From Octopus bimaculoides (lineage: Eukaryota), in contig NC_069000.1 of assembly GCF_001194135.2 (NCBI RefSeq), positions 3,458,467-3,522,466 on the forward strand: DNA of 64,000 nt, in the 5' to 3' direction. The notes beneath the pieces are model-generated. The model was not told the DNA's origin. It searched no databases and saw only the letters and a list, made by a program, of their open reading frames with translations. Shown here piece after piece: positions 1-13,006 of this stretch. Within the stretch, counting starts at the first letter, position 1. Each line of letters starts with the position of its first letter. The position numbers and the translations under genes are program-made.

Positions 1-69
1 ATATATATATATATATATATATACGTATGTACGTATGTATGCATATCAAATCCTTGTTGAATTAAGCAA

Positions 70-1010
70 GGCCTTTAACACGGATAAGATGGAGGTATTG
101 CAGAGATATCTTGGCAAGTCGGTGTGGCCGTCAGATTTTATGAAATTGTTCAAGGAACTACAGCGTAACATGAAGCCCAGCTCGCGTTGAAGGGGCAACA
201 AACAGATGAAATTGTTATAGGCAATGGACTTGATCCGGGGTGGGGATCAAGCTTCTACTCTGTTTTCAATATGCTTTGATATGCTTCTTATTTATGCTTT
301 CATGATTGTGATATTGGTATCCCCCTGCGGTTTAGAATAACAAGAAAGGCCTTTGATCTAAGGTGACTCGAATCGAAATCAAAGCATTGATACGAGATCT
401 GCTTCATGCATATAGCATCGATTTCTCTTGTTCATACAGAGAATGATATGCAACTTATAATGAATCGATTTTCAGCGGCGTGTATTGTGTTTGGCTTCAG
501 GATAAGCTTCACGAAGACAAAGGTACCATTCACTCTTACAACAAGTCAAACCTACAGTAAGCCAAAAGTCTTCGAGAATGACATCAGTTTAGAATTTATA
601 GGTATAATCTTGCATCTTAAGATTACATTGCCAAGTGTTGGGTCCCCAAATGTTTGAAAATGTTCGGGACTTCAGAAAGATTGTAGGTTTAGTGTAAAAT
701 AAAAATAAAAAAAACATTGATATTTTTGTGTGACGAGTTCGTTGCATCATTGATGGAACTAAGGTCATTGTAAATGAGACATTGTTCACTTGTATACATC
801 TGCGATATAGGAAGAGCAGTGGTGATGTGGTGAGAAGTTTGTTCCCAGCCATAATTTTCCAAGTTAACTCCTACTGCGTGGAAACTCAGGCATGTGCTTT
901 CTACTGTAGTCTCAGACCGACCAGTCTTCCGAGTAGATGACAGGTGTATGAACAACAAGCGTTTTAGTTTGACGCTCAGGAAAATGAAACAGTCTTTTAC
1001 GTTTCGAGCC
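70..1010 (+). mobile_element. Decayed RTE-clade LINE, reverse transcriptase and downstream region
   Basis: Frameshifted + strand translations give GIPLRFRITRKAFDLR, IRDLLH and HTENDMQLIMNRFSAACIVFGFRISFTKTKV, matching the RTE RT pattern (GIxIRYRTDGKLFNLRRL...RDLLFADD...LMDRFSxACxxFGLTISxKKTKV). Similarity is weaker beyond about 600. Confidence 0.75.
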
Positions 1011-1784
1011 TACGCTCTTCAATTGAAAGGAATAGAAGAAAATAAGAAGAGAGAGAATGAAAAAAATGAAATATATATATATACACATATATATATACCA
1101 GGTTTTAATAAGGTATGGAATTAAAATTCTTCAAGACCATGCCCCTGCATTACCACGGTTTAATGACTAAAACAAATAAAATGTAAAATATAAAAGATGG
1201 ACAACGGACATCTCACGAGGTGGGAAATAGTTTGAAATGTATGCTTAAAAATTAATATGTGACTGCTCTTGTATGACCCTCACAGTACAGAAAATGTGGT
1301 GCGAAGTCTACACGAATTCAGCAAGTATAGAAGAAAGAATACTAACGCCCAATGTAGTTAATTCTCGGTAAGCAGACTGAGAAACTACGGAAACGTCGAT
1401 TATGCATTTAAGAACTATATTATGACAAACTAACTCTGAACAAAAGTTCCTTAAAAACCACGTAAAATCTAAAGTAAAAGAGGTAAAACTTGGACAATGT
1501 CATGTAGTCAATGACACATGATTGATCTTGTTGTATCTGGAGAGAGTTGCACTGCCTTATTGCCTTAATATCTAACACACTCACCAGTTCAATTTCAACT
1601 CATTTATTATTTATATTTATTTATATTTTCGTCGCTTTTTCAAATTTGTCAATGGATGTTGATTCTGTCAGTCATCAGAGCTGTGTTGTGTTTGTCTCTT
1701 TGATTGATCTTATTTAGTAAAGAATGCGACATTCGAGATACATACATATATGACCAGCCACAAATATAAGAACACATATACGTA

Positions 1785-2403
1785 CAGGGGTCGGACAATC
1801 TAATGGAATCACATTGAAAAATTCAAACAAATTTAGTTTAATATATGGTAGGACCGACTTTGGCAGTAATTACAGCTTCAATTCTACGAGGTATGGTCTC
1901 GTACAAAGTTTGAATTGTTTCGAAGGGAATTTTTGTCCATTCTTCAGCTAAAACAATTTCCAGTTCTTGTAGTGATGATGGTGGAGGATATCCATTCCTT
2001 ATTTGTTTTTCTAAAATGTACTATAAATGTTCAGTAATATTGAGATCTGCGGACTGTGGTGGCCAGATTAGATGTTCAACTTCACTAGAATGTCCCCCAT
2101 GCTATTCAGTAACAACTTTAGCTGTGTGAATTGGTGCATTATCATCCTGACAGATTGCGTTTCCCTCTAGAAACAGTTCCGCAAACATACGATGAATTTG
2201 ATCAGATAAAATGCTTAAATAGTCTTGACTATTAATTCTGCCGTGAAGAGAAACTATTGGGCCGGCGGATTTCCAAGATATAGCCCCAACCCAGTTCATC
2301 ACAGATCCTCCTCCATGTTTAACAGCTGGAAGAAGGTCGTCTAGGTGAAACGCTTCCTTTAGCTGTCTCCACACGTATACTCGGCTGGCCGTCGGAAATA
2401 ACG
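1785..2403 (-). mobile_element. 5'-truncated Tc1/mariner-superfamily transposon; transposase pseudogene with D-x36-E spacing
   Basis: Minus-strand frame reads LFPTASRVYVWR...VKHGGGSVM...QDDNAPIHTAKVVTE*HGGHSSEVEHLIWPPQSADLNITEHL*...IPRRIEAVITAKVGPTIY* (stop 1838-1840). Two TGG>TAG nonsense changes. Terminal TA|CAGGGGTCGGACAA at 1783-1798. Confidence 0.9.
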
Positions 2404-2737
2404 TATATATAGTACTTGCACGTATGTCATTTGACTAAATATAAAAATGTCTGAGTAATCACAATGACGTCATAGCAATTATGATTTAAATAGATTAATT
2501 ATTAATACTCTTCTATCAAAATCTGTCTTGCTACAATATTTTATATTGCTTTTTTTTCTAGTTGCTCTGTTTCTTTATTTTTTCTTATTGTTTCTATTTC
2601 TTTTTCTGTTGTTGTTATTTGTATTATTATTATTTTTTTGATTTACACAATAATCTGTATTAACCACTACGCTTTAATGATTTAATTTTGATTAAAGAGT
2701 CATTCGGAAAGCAAACATGTAAACAAAAAAATACAAG

Positions 2738-2742
2738 AATAA

Positions 2743-2803
<61 letters not shown>

Positions 2804-3045
2804 GTAATAATGGCTTCAAATTTGGCCACAAGGACAGTCATTTTAGGTGAGGGGATGTGATGATCACATCGATTCCAGTGTTTAATTGGTTCTTATTAAT
2901 TAACCACGAGCAATGGGCGAAGTGCCGCTAAGCATTTCGTCCTGCGTACATTTCGCCATAATAATAATAATTATTATTATTATTATTATTATTATTATTT
3001 TTGTTGTTGTTGTTGTTATTGTTGTTGTTGCTGTTGTTATTATTA

Positions 3046-3105
<60 letters not shown>

Positions 3106-3217
3106 GAAGAAGAAGAAGAAGAAGAAGAAGAAATAGAATGATACTGATAATAACTATAACAATAATAACAAACTAAAACTAATAATATAATAATCCTAAT
3201 ATTGGTAATGATGACGA

Positions 3218-3248
<31 letters not shown>

Positions 3249-3350
3249 GATGACGATGATGATGATGATGATGAAGATGAAGATGATGATGTTGATGATG
3301 GGGATGATAATAAAGATAATGATTAATAATGATGTGGCTGATAAAAATAC

Positions 3351-3401
<51 letters not shown>

Positions 3402-3450
3402 CAATAATAATAACAATCGTAATAGTATTGATAATATTAAACAAATATAA
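2738..3450. repeat. Compound trinucleotide microsatellite field (AAT/ATT/GTT/GAA/GAT) with an embedded SINE remnant at about 2812-2945
   Basis: Directly visible arrays; the remnant carries aaatttggccacaagg and ccgctaagcatttcgtc, shared with other SINE copies in this window (minus orientation). Confidence 0.9.
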
Positions 3451-4037
3451 GAAAAAATCATTCATCACTCTTTTCCAAATAATAATACATTGCCAATCTT
3501 TTTTTTCTTTTTTTCTTTTTCCGTTTTCTCTTTATGTATTTTCTTCTCTATATGTTCGCCTCTCTTTTAGTTTCCTTATTATTTATATTCGCACATATAT
3601 ACTTTATTATTTCCTGTTTTTCTGATATATTTTTCTTTCGGCAAAACAATCAAACTAATGGCATGATGAGATACGTTAAGTGTATATACATATGTGTATG
3701 TATATCATATATNNNNNNNNNNNNNNNNNNNNNNNNNNNNNNNNNNNNNNNNNNNNNNNNNNNNNNNNNNNNNNNNNNNNNNNNNNNNNNNNNNNNNNNN
3801 NNNNNNNNNNNNNNNNNNNNNNNNNNNNNNNNNNNNNNNNNNNNNNNNNNNNNNNNNNNNNNNNNNNNNNNNNNNNNNNNNNNNNNNNNNNNNNNNNNNN
3901 NNNNNNNNNNNNNNNNNNNNNNNNNNNNNNNNNNNNNNNNNNNNNNNNNNNNNNNNNNNNNNNNNNNNNNNNNNNNNNNNNNNNNNNNNNNNNNNNNNNN
4001 NNNTATATATTTACATATATATATATATATATACATT

Positions 4038-4073
<36 letters not shown>

Positions 4074-4440
4074 TATATTTACATATATATATATATATAT
4101 ACATTTATATATATGTATACGTGTGTGCCTAAGCAAATATATATTTGTATGTACATTATGTATGTACATGCACACACACATACACACACACATATATCCG
4201 AATACATATATTTATATGTATATCTATATAGCTATATATTACATATTGATGCACGAAGATATATATATATATATATGTAGGCTTTGATTTCTGTATTGTT
4301 TTTAGTGGTATGTATATACTACAACTTTTGTGGGGAGGGGCAATGTGTTGAGCAGAGTAACTCCAGCATTTTCATGCTTTCTGTATAGATATATTGGAAT
4401 CAGTGATTCTTTATAATATATACGCAAATATATAGAGATA

Positions 4441-4510
4441 TAGGTACAGACGTGGTTGTGTGGTAAGTAGCTTACTTATCAACCACATGGTTCCGGGTTC
4501 AGCCTCACTG
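4441..4510 (+). mobile_element. tRNA-derived SINE head (OK-like octopus family), truncated by (TAGA)n
   Basis: gtggttgtgtggtaagtagcttacttatcaaccacatggttccgggttcag with A/B-box-like motifs; same head recurs at 10900-10975 (-), 23420-23570 (-), 42330 (+) and 54700 (+). Confidence 0.75.
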
Positions 4511-4522
4511 ATAGATAGACAA

Positions 4523-4584
<62 letters not shown>

Positions 4585-5296
4585 GATATAAATTTGGTGC
4601 TACATCATGAACTCAGTAACCTGGCTGCTATGCATAAAAAAAATATATATACATCCTTCTAATATACACATATCTCTTTATATATATCCTTACATACACC
4701 CACATAAACATATGTATGCAATCATACTTACTTGCGCATATACGCCTGGTTATCTGATATGTATTTAGGAACATAAGCAGAATATTCTTTAGCCAGTGAC
4801 CATGTAAAGTAGTTGAATCTTAACAAATATTTATTTGCTTGAAGCAGTGAACGTACAACCTACGTGTTCTACGTATTAAATTATAATTTACAGAATTCCT
4901 ACAAGTACCATAAGCGCACCGAATGTCTGTCTTTGTGTGACAGTGCTTACAAACAGGCGGAAGCGCGTGCATATAACGTTCAGCCGCTTGGGAAAATCTT
5001 GATCAAAGTAGCTTAAAAATGTCTTCCTTCGATGGATATGTACTGCAACGGAACCAGCTAAATGCACATCAAAAGACATTAGGAAACTTATCCGGCAGAG
5101 ACACGCCCAGGATTGGAATTTAATGAGTATAATACTGTCATAAACGAAATGTTGAAGATGTATAATTCACCAATCTCCTTCCTGATGTCTAGCTTACACA
5201 CGAAGTGTGGCGTCTTATACAGGACAGTGTTACTGACGTTTATAGCCGCAAAAAGACATCTATTCTAGCTGGCTTATTTCTATTCTTTCGAGATCA

Positions 5297-5365
5297 GCGA
5301 CGGTCTGGGAATCGAATCTACAATCTCTGAGATCGTGAATGCAACATACTATCCACTTGGCCACT
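5297..5365 (-). mobile_element. tRNA-like SINE head (same family as 8586-8815)
   Basis: Reverse complement gtggccaagtggatagtatgttgcattcacgatctcagagattgtagattcgattccc shares gttgcattcacgatctc and the A/B boxes with the 8586 copy. Confidence 0.7.
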
Positions 5366-6361
5366 GGGGGCGTATGTGTTTGTGTGTGTCTATATAAGTG
5401 TGTGTGTCTGGGTCTTTGTATGTGTATATGAATAATGTTAAAATTGTATTTCGAAATCACATGAAACAACGAACACACACGCACACATATATATGTACGT
5501 GTTTGTTTATATATTTAGATATTTACGTATGTGTATGTAACTCTATTGCTCTCTATCCATTTACATATATGTAAATATGGTTGTGTATACCTTATGCAAA
5601 TGTATAGATTCTAATTCATATTCTTTCTTCCCTTTTCTGTTTTTTTTTTGTTTGTAAAAATATCGTATAGTACTGTGTTTATTGCTAATACAATGCAACA
5701 TCGCGACACTATGAGATACATTTGTCTACCATTTTGTTTTTTTGTTGGTGTCGATTCTCCTGTCTATTATTCCTCATATAGACATATTTATTGGTCTATT
5801 CTGTTATTCTCGTCTTCATCGTTTTGTTTTCTGCTAAAACATTTGCTGAAAAAAATCTTTATAGAAATGTTATGAATATCTGCGAGCGAAATTTATGCAA
5901 AAACTAAAATGAAATGCTATGAAATTATTAAAAATATGAATACGTGGGGAAAAAAATTGCTATCAATAAAATGCGTTTTTATGTTTGGAGACAAAACAAG
6001 ATGTGAATACGAGAGATTTGTGGGACAAAAACGAAACGAAAAAAAAAGAAAGAAAGAAAAGAAAGAAAGAATGACATGAAAGTTCCTTAACAATTTGGTA
6101 GAGAGAAAACGAAGTCTCGATATATTACAATAAATATATACAAATATTCGATGTTTATCACACACATCTCTAAAGAAGTGTACGACGGAGCCTTAATATT
6201 TAAGTCGAGCTTCCAGAGAGAGAGCAAAAATTATCCTTCAATCTACATTGATCTCCTTTTAAATAATTTCATGTTGGACAAAACAACTGGTCAAATCAGT
6301 TGGAAAGGAGAAATAGGAGTGCGTCTGGCTTACATATCTTTTATTACAATAAATCTGATGC

Positions 6362-6413
6362 GGACGCCTCTGATGAGACACCAATAAGGTTCGAAAATCG
6401 ATTAAGGTTGTCC
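6362..6413 (+). ncRNA. Minimal type-I hammerhead ribozyme (Penelope-like element/retrozyme type)
   Basis: Stem I GGACGCCT 6362-6369 pairs with AGGT(T)GTCC 6405-6413; core CTGATGA 6370-6376; stem II GA(C)ACC/GGTTC 6377-6392; GAAA 6393-6396; palindromic stem III AATCGATT 6396-6403; cleavage triplet UUA, cut after 6404. Confidence 0.7.
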
Positions 6414-6425
6414 TTTTTTTTCTGT

Positions 6426-6670
6426 CTGCGGAGAAATGGCTGGAATTTGCCCTGTTTATAATAATACCATATGTCACATATTTATTATATCATACCTTGA
6501 TACTGTGTGGACTAAGATACACCTTGACAGGCCGTTGGTATTTATAGAGTGTTAAACACATTCGGTATGCATATTAAGGGCTCCATCATACAGTTGCTCA
6601 ACATTTTCCTCAGCCTGCAGAGAAATGGCTACAAATTGCCCTGCTTATAATTTTACCATATGTTACGTAT
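6426..6670. repeat. Direct repeat of 56 bp (6426-6481 and 6615-6670), 189 bp offset
   Basis: Manual alignment gives 47/56 identities. Confidence 0.85.
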
Positions 6671-6867
6671 ATGTATGATGTATACATTTTTCCAATTTTC
6701 TAAGGTTTGGTAGAGCAGTTTAAAACCAACTTTTGCGCATCATCCGACTGTGTCTAATTTCTAAATCCGCTAATCTCTTGGATTTGTAGTTTATATATAT
6801 TAAATAAAATAATACAAGGCCAAGGTTGTGTGGAATGTTTAGGACATTTATAAAGAGAAAGTTAGTC

Positions 6868-6905
<38 letters not shown>

Positions 6906-7438
6906 NNNNNNNNNNNNNNNNNNNNNNNNNNNNNNNNNNNNNNNNNNNNNNNNNNNNNNNNNNNNNNNNNNNNNNNNNNNNNNNNNNNNNNNNNNNNNNN
7001 NNNNNNNNNNNNNNNNNNNNNNNNNNNNNNNNNNNNNNNNNNNNNNNNNNNNNNNNNNNNNNNNNNNNNNNNNNNNNNNNNNNNNNNNNNNNNNNNNNNN
7101 NNNNNNNNNNNNNNNNNNNNNNNNNNNNNNNNNNNNNNNNNNNNNNNNNNNNNNNNNNNNNNNNNNNNNNNNNNNNNNNNNNNNNNNNNNNNNNNNNNNN
7201 NNNNNNNNNNNNNNNNNNNNNNNNNNNNNNNNNNNNNNNNNNNNNNNNNNNNNNNNNNNNNNNNNNNNNNNNNNNNNNNNNNNNNNNNNNNNNNNNNNNN
7301 NNNNNNNNNNNNNNNNNNNNNNNNNNNNNNNNNNNNNNNNNNNNNNNNNNNNNNNNNNNNNNNNNNNNNNNNNNNNNNNNNNNNNNNNNNNNNNNNNNNN
7401 NNNNNNNNNNNNNNNNNNNNNNNNNNNNNNNNTATATA

Positions 7439-7474
<36 letters not shown>

Positions 7475-8175
7475 TGTATAAACAAGATATAAATAGATAC
7501 GTACGTATATACGCACTTATGTATGTACGTATGTATGTATAAATAGAGAAGGAGGAGGTTGTTTATACGTGCCTAGGTGTATGAAAGTATATAGATACGT
7601 CCACATATGAGTGTATATACGTATGTGCGTGTGTGTGTGTGTGTGTGTGTGTGCGATTTTCTGTTTGTATAAAACCAGAAGACAGCGAATATTATTAGCG
7701 TAACACATCACCCTAGCAAAAGTAGCTGAATATATGAACAAAAGACATAAGTGTGTATATAATATGTGGCTTGAAAAGCTAATAGAATTCACTTTGACAA
7801 TAATTAGGTCAAAGGTTATTGGTGAATAGTTTCCACGGTTACAACGCATTTCCTTCTTTTTCCTGAGTTTTCCACTTCTAAACGTAGATGTTTATCTCAA
7901 ATAATAAAAACTGGAAAATATTGAATAAACCAACGTTAAGTTAAGATAATGTGAATGGGTTTTAGATTTTGAAAGTTGATATTAGAAAGTTTGGTAAACA
8001 TTTGGAGAAGGAATCTTACGCTCTATTAGATATTTCTTGAAGTATTCTATTTGGAGGAGGCTAAATGCCCCCTGTCTGGTCTTATCTTGTCTCTTATTGT
8101 CTTGTTTCAGTATTAAAAACTGACAATTGTTCAAGTCAAGTCTTGAAATTTTCCTTCCGTTGGTTTTATTTTAAC

Positions 8176-8341
8176 GCACAGGGATGGCTGCATGGCGAAG
8201 ATGTTCGCTTGTGCAAGCACGAGCCTTCGAGTTCAGTCCCAGTGCAAGGTATCAAATGATGCAGGGCAACTGTTTTCTATTGTTGTTCGAGGTCGACTAG
8301 TAGTTGTCAATGAATTTGGCAGATAGAAACTGTATAGAAGC

Positions 8342-8350
<9 letters not shown>
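8176..8350 (+). mobile_element. Degenerate OK-like SINE
   Basis: gagttcagtcccagtgc...ggtcgac...gaatttggcagatagaaactg...gaagcc pattern ending in (TA)n. Confidence 0.6.
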
Positions 8351-8384
<34 letters not shown>

Positions 8385-8455
8385 TCATATATATATATAT
8401 ATATATATNNNNNNNNNNNNNNNNNNNNNNNNNNNNNNNNNNNNNNNNNNNNNNN

Positions 8456-8534
<79 letters not shown>

Positions 8535-8585
8535 TGTGTACATATAGATATATGCACACACACAGATATATACATTTATATATAT

Positions 8586-8815
8586 GTGGCCTAGTGGTTA
8601 GGCCGTTGCATTCACGATCTCTAGATCGTGGGTTCGAATCTCTTAGTGGGCGGCGCGTTGTGTTCTTGAGCAAAACACTTCATTTCACGTTACCCATTTG
8701 GATCGGTGGGGGAGGGTTTGTTGGCCTGCTCACTCAGCCAGCGGGGGTGGCGTTTTGAAGGCTAAAATAATGCAAATGCCCGCGCTCTTAACCACTACGT
8801 CATATGCCCGTGGTT
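8586..8815 (+). mobile_element. tRNA-derived SINE (second family)
   Basis: A box TGGCCTAGTGG 8587-8597, B box GGTTCGAATC 8631-8640, followed by gtgttcttgagcaaaacacttcatttcac; no tRNA acceptor stem or CCA end, so a SINE rather than a tRNA gene. Confidence 0.75.
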
Positions 8816-10199
8816 GTTTTTTAAGTCAAGAAACAGCACAAAGTCTTCTTCCCTCTCATCAATATAATTTTCTGCAAGTTCTACTAATTTACGTTGGTAT
8901 TTCATTACTGAGCAAGCGAATGTTCCTAGATGAGGTCGATCGACATCGAAGAAATTAGCAGCCAATTTAACATCAAGTCACAGAACGCTGTCTAATGACA
9001 GGAACGCCGGATATTTGGATAATGAACTTCTAGATTTTCTATGCGTGAAAATAAGAGGGAATGGGTCTTGAACGTCTGCCTGTTTACATTTTGTTGGGTG
9101 GACTTGAAACTAAGCAACTACATCAATAACATTAACTACAGCAGATATTGTTTTTTTACATGAGTAGATATTATTTGAACGAGAAATATGTCTAATCTTC
9201 GTTCTTTTTTCTTTTTTTTTTTAATCTACTCGTAACACTTGACACAAGAAGACATAAAAGAATTCTTACTTTTCTAGCAAAGGAAGCAATTATTATCCAT
9301 TTAAAGCCTGTCTCTGACACGTATCACGATTCTTCTATAAAAACCTGCTTTTCACTCACGATATAAAGTCGTTCGTTGCTATCTAGTGTCACTTTAAAAC
9401 GGTGTATTATTTCAATAGTAGAAACTTTAGGCTAGTATTAACCATCCGGATGATCATTATGAGAAGACTTACTGAAAAATTCTCCATTTTTACAAAGTGG
9501 CCATTATAGATATATTGATACGATTTGAGAGATATTTTAAATGAGCCAGGTAGTACGTCATTGAACTATTCAACAGAATTGTCGACATATCATTTCAGGT
9601 ATGTCAGTTATCTAGCTGCTGTTGTTGCGTACTTGTTTTTGCCATTTTTATCTCACACCTGATGAGCGATAAGTGAGTAGAAATACAATCAAGAGTTGTT
9701 CAAAATGAGTCGATCAAGTTTTATTTTTTTCTTTAAAAAAGTAAGGCATATCTTATATACGAATGTATGGCTGGCTGTTTCATTTCATTTTTTAATACGG
9801 CTTAAGATTCCGAGATGTAACTGCTATTTCGAGCAAGTCAAGTGACTGCGTATGGTGGTGATTATTGGCCCCTTCACATGCTATTTTATCAATGATGTTG
9901 CGCTGCTCTCCATACAAAATAATTCGATAATAACACATCAAATTTATAAGATATATTTCTGCTTTATTAAATTCAGTTTAGCTTATTCTTCATCAAAAGG
10001 GGAATTCAGTCATTTACACTTAACACACGTGCACATTTGCAACCTTTGTAAATAGCAAATTATAAAGGTAAACACAATGTGCCTGCTGTTGCCTTTCTTT
10101 CAGTCACAAAGCTTACTTTCAAATTATTTATCTTTTTCTGAAATGAAGCTTCCTGCCGGAACCACTTCCTCTAATATTCATAAAATAATGAAGTGAAGT

Positions 10200-10590
10200 G
10201 AGTCTTATCATAAAGAGAGTTGCGTTTATCTACATTCGCTCAACGTATGAATTTAAAGTGCAGCGGTGGAGAGCTTCGCTATTCATCTCTCCATTAAAGA
10301 AACACAAATGTATTTTATATATCCACCAACTCTTAAACTGAAGATAGCTCTTCCAAGTTTCCTGGACATCTGTAATTAACAGAATAAATTCTGTGGAATT
10401 ACATCTACTTGAATATTCAACGTATCTTGTCTTTCCAAAAGTATTGTGTACCGACTGTCCTAGACAGCACTGAAAGGAATGACATACAATTTCTTGCCAA
10501 CTCATTCAAGAGTCAGTTTTATCTCCATGTTTAATATTTTAGGTCAAGAAGCAACCGAGGAGCTGATCGCCCTCCAAACTGTTGAATTAT
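10200..10590 (+). mobile_element. Possible heavily decayed hAT (Buster/Charlie-like) transposase remnant
   Basis: Short + strand peptides FAQRMNLKCSG, ANSF and QEATEELIALQ occur in the order expected for Buster-type motifs (LNxLNLxLQG...NPF...EELIxLQ); many stops and frameshifts. Confidence 0.3.
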
Positions 10591-10769
10591 TTTGCATATT
10601 GATACGTAATACATTGATCGTATTACGAAACAACGCGTAACGGAATAGCTTCAGATGGTGACTCAGGCAACACTAACATATCTGAACAGAAGATCCGAGA
10701 TATAATCTAACTACCTCTCCAACACCACCATCCTCACAGGAACCCATCATCGTCCCTATCATATCACTG

Positions 10770-10975
10770 ACTTTTATTTTTTACCCTTTTACTTGTTTCG
10801 GTCATTTGACAGCGGCCATGCTGGAGCACCGCCTTTAGTCGAGCCAATCGATCCCCGGACTTATTCTTTGTAAGCCTAGTATTTATTCTATCAGTCTCTG
10901 AACCCGGAAACATGTCGCTGGTAAGCAAGCTACTTACCACACAGCCAATCCCGCGCCTATATTGAGTCACCGTTC
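10770..10975 (-). mobile_element. OK-like SINE head fused to its 3' tail module (internally deleted composite SINE)
   Basis: Minus strand: ggctgtgtggtaagtagcttgcttacc head joined directly to gatagaataaatactaggcttacaaagaataagtcc...ggcggtgctccagcatggccgc...gaaacaagtaaaag tail. Confidence 0.75.
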
Positions 10976-11735
10976 TCAATTCAATCTGGCCATAAGGAAC
11001 CCGTCATAATAATAAATGAGATTCAGTTATAGCGAAACCCCACAAGGCAATCGGCGACAAATTGCAAAACCGTTTAAAAAAAAAAACAGAATTCAAAGAT
11101 GAAATAATCACGCCATTAAGGCTATTAGAAAGCGAAAAAGGAAAACAAAAGAAGCCCCAAAATAATACGAACTAATAATATAATTAAGTAAGAAGTCAAC
11201 ACAAATTGTGTATCATCTTTAGGTAATGTTAAATTATCATCTATTTAGGCGAATATGTAGGTAGCAAAATTACATCGTCGTCTGAAATAAGAGCACAAAC
11301 AAAGCGACCAACATTATTCTCACCTCTGAACTATTTCTACATAATATTTATGTTTATGGACCATTATTATAGTGAAAGTCCATACTTAAAATTTCAGCAA
11401 ATAGACATGATGGACTAAATGTAAAAATTATCGTTGAAATTGCTGGCGTGCTTGTTGTTGTTGATGTTGCTGAAGGTAGTGGTATTGGTGGTGGTGTTGG
11501 TGGTAGCGGTGGTGGTGTTGGTGGTGTTGGTGTTGATGCTGTTGTTGTTGCTGGTGGTGGTGTTCTTGGTGTTACTCTCTATGCTTATTTCTATTTAATA
11601 CCATTATATGAAATTATTTATTGATTTTTTTTTTTGAAAATTCATCGATCGTTGCGATCTCCATAACTTTATATCTAATTTTTAAAGTAATGTGGCTATG
11701 CACACACACGCACGCATACACAAACACACACACAC

Positions 11736-11776
<41 letters not shown>

Positions 11777-11836
11777 CACACACTCACACATAAATACATA
11801 CACACACAAATATATGCATGTATGTATGTATGTATG

Positions 11837-11868
<32 letters not shown>

Positions 11869-11899
11869 GATAGATAGATACAACCATACATACATACAA

Positions 11900-11962
<63 letters not shown>

Positions 11963-12832
11963 CATATAGATATTTAGTACTAATCAGTAATTCTTATTAA
12001 CTTCCAATCATTTATACAAGCATTTACGAGCACTAAAATGAACAACTACATACATACATACAAATAACACTAGCTTACATTCGTATATATACAAATTCCT
12101 CAAAGTGTGCATAATTATACATACGTACATACATACATTCATACATACATACATACATGAACATACGTAAGTATATATACGTGTGTATGTNNNNNNNNNN
12201 NNNNNNNNNNNNNNNNNNNNNNNNNNNNNNNNNNNNNNNNNNNNNNNNNNNNNNNNNNNNNNNNNNNNNNNNNNNNNNNNNNNNNNNNNNNNNNNNNNNN
12301 NNNNNNNNNNNNNNNNNNNNNNNNNNNNNNNNNNNNNNNNNNNNNNNNNNNNNNNNNNNNNNNNNNNNNNNNNNNNNNNNNNNNNNNNNNNNNNNNNNNN
12401 NNNNNNNNNNNNNNNNNNNNNNNNNNNNNNNNNNNNNNNNNNNNNNNNNNNNNNNNNNNNNNNNNNNNNNNNNNNNNNNNNNNNNNNNNNNNNNNNNNNN
12501 NNNNNNNNNNNNNNNNNNNNNNNNNNNNNNNNNNNNNNNNNNNNNNNNNNNNNNNNNNNNNNNNNNNNNNNNNNNNNNNNNNNNNNNNNNNNNNNNNNNN
12601 NNNNNNNNNNNNNNNNNNNNNNNNNNNNNNNNNNNNNNNNNNNNNNNNNNNNNNNNNNNNNNNNNNNNNNNNNNNNNNNNNNNNNNNNNNNNNNNNNNNN
12701 NNNNNNNNNNNNNNNNNNNNNNNNNNNNNNNNNNNNNNNNNNNNNNNNNNNNNNNNNNNNNNNNNNNNNNNNNNNNNNNNNNNNNNNNNNNNNNNNNNNN
12801 NNNNNNNNNNNNTGTGTGTGTGTGTGTGTGTG

Positions 12833-12874
<42 letters not shown>

Positions 12875-13006
12875 TATACATATATACATATATATACATA
12901 CACGTAACCACACACATACACACACACACACACACACACATGTATATGGATTGATTAAAGTTGCTTCCGTTCTTCCGGATTCTGCGGTGTATGTATCAAA
13001 ACTTAC

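Noticed and set aside
1370-1405. CTGAGAA...GGAAACGTCG resembling a Penelope-type hammerhead
   Set aside because: The core lacks the G8-A9 step and neither stem II nor stem I can be formed.
8586-8660. tRNA gene call for the A/B-box-containing heads (also 5297, 26461, 55410)
   Set aside because: No complete cloverleaf, and each continues into a shared non-tRNA body, so they are SINE heads.
9659-9700. CTGATGA followed by GAAA
   Set aside because: No complementary stem II closing pair and no stem I/III.
9866-9885. ttggccccttcac resembling miR-133; tgagtatta at about 41925 and 60163 resembling the miR-12 seed
   Set aside because: Matches are partial and none sits in a hairpin.
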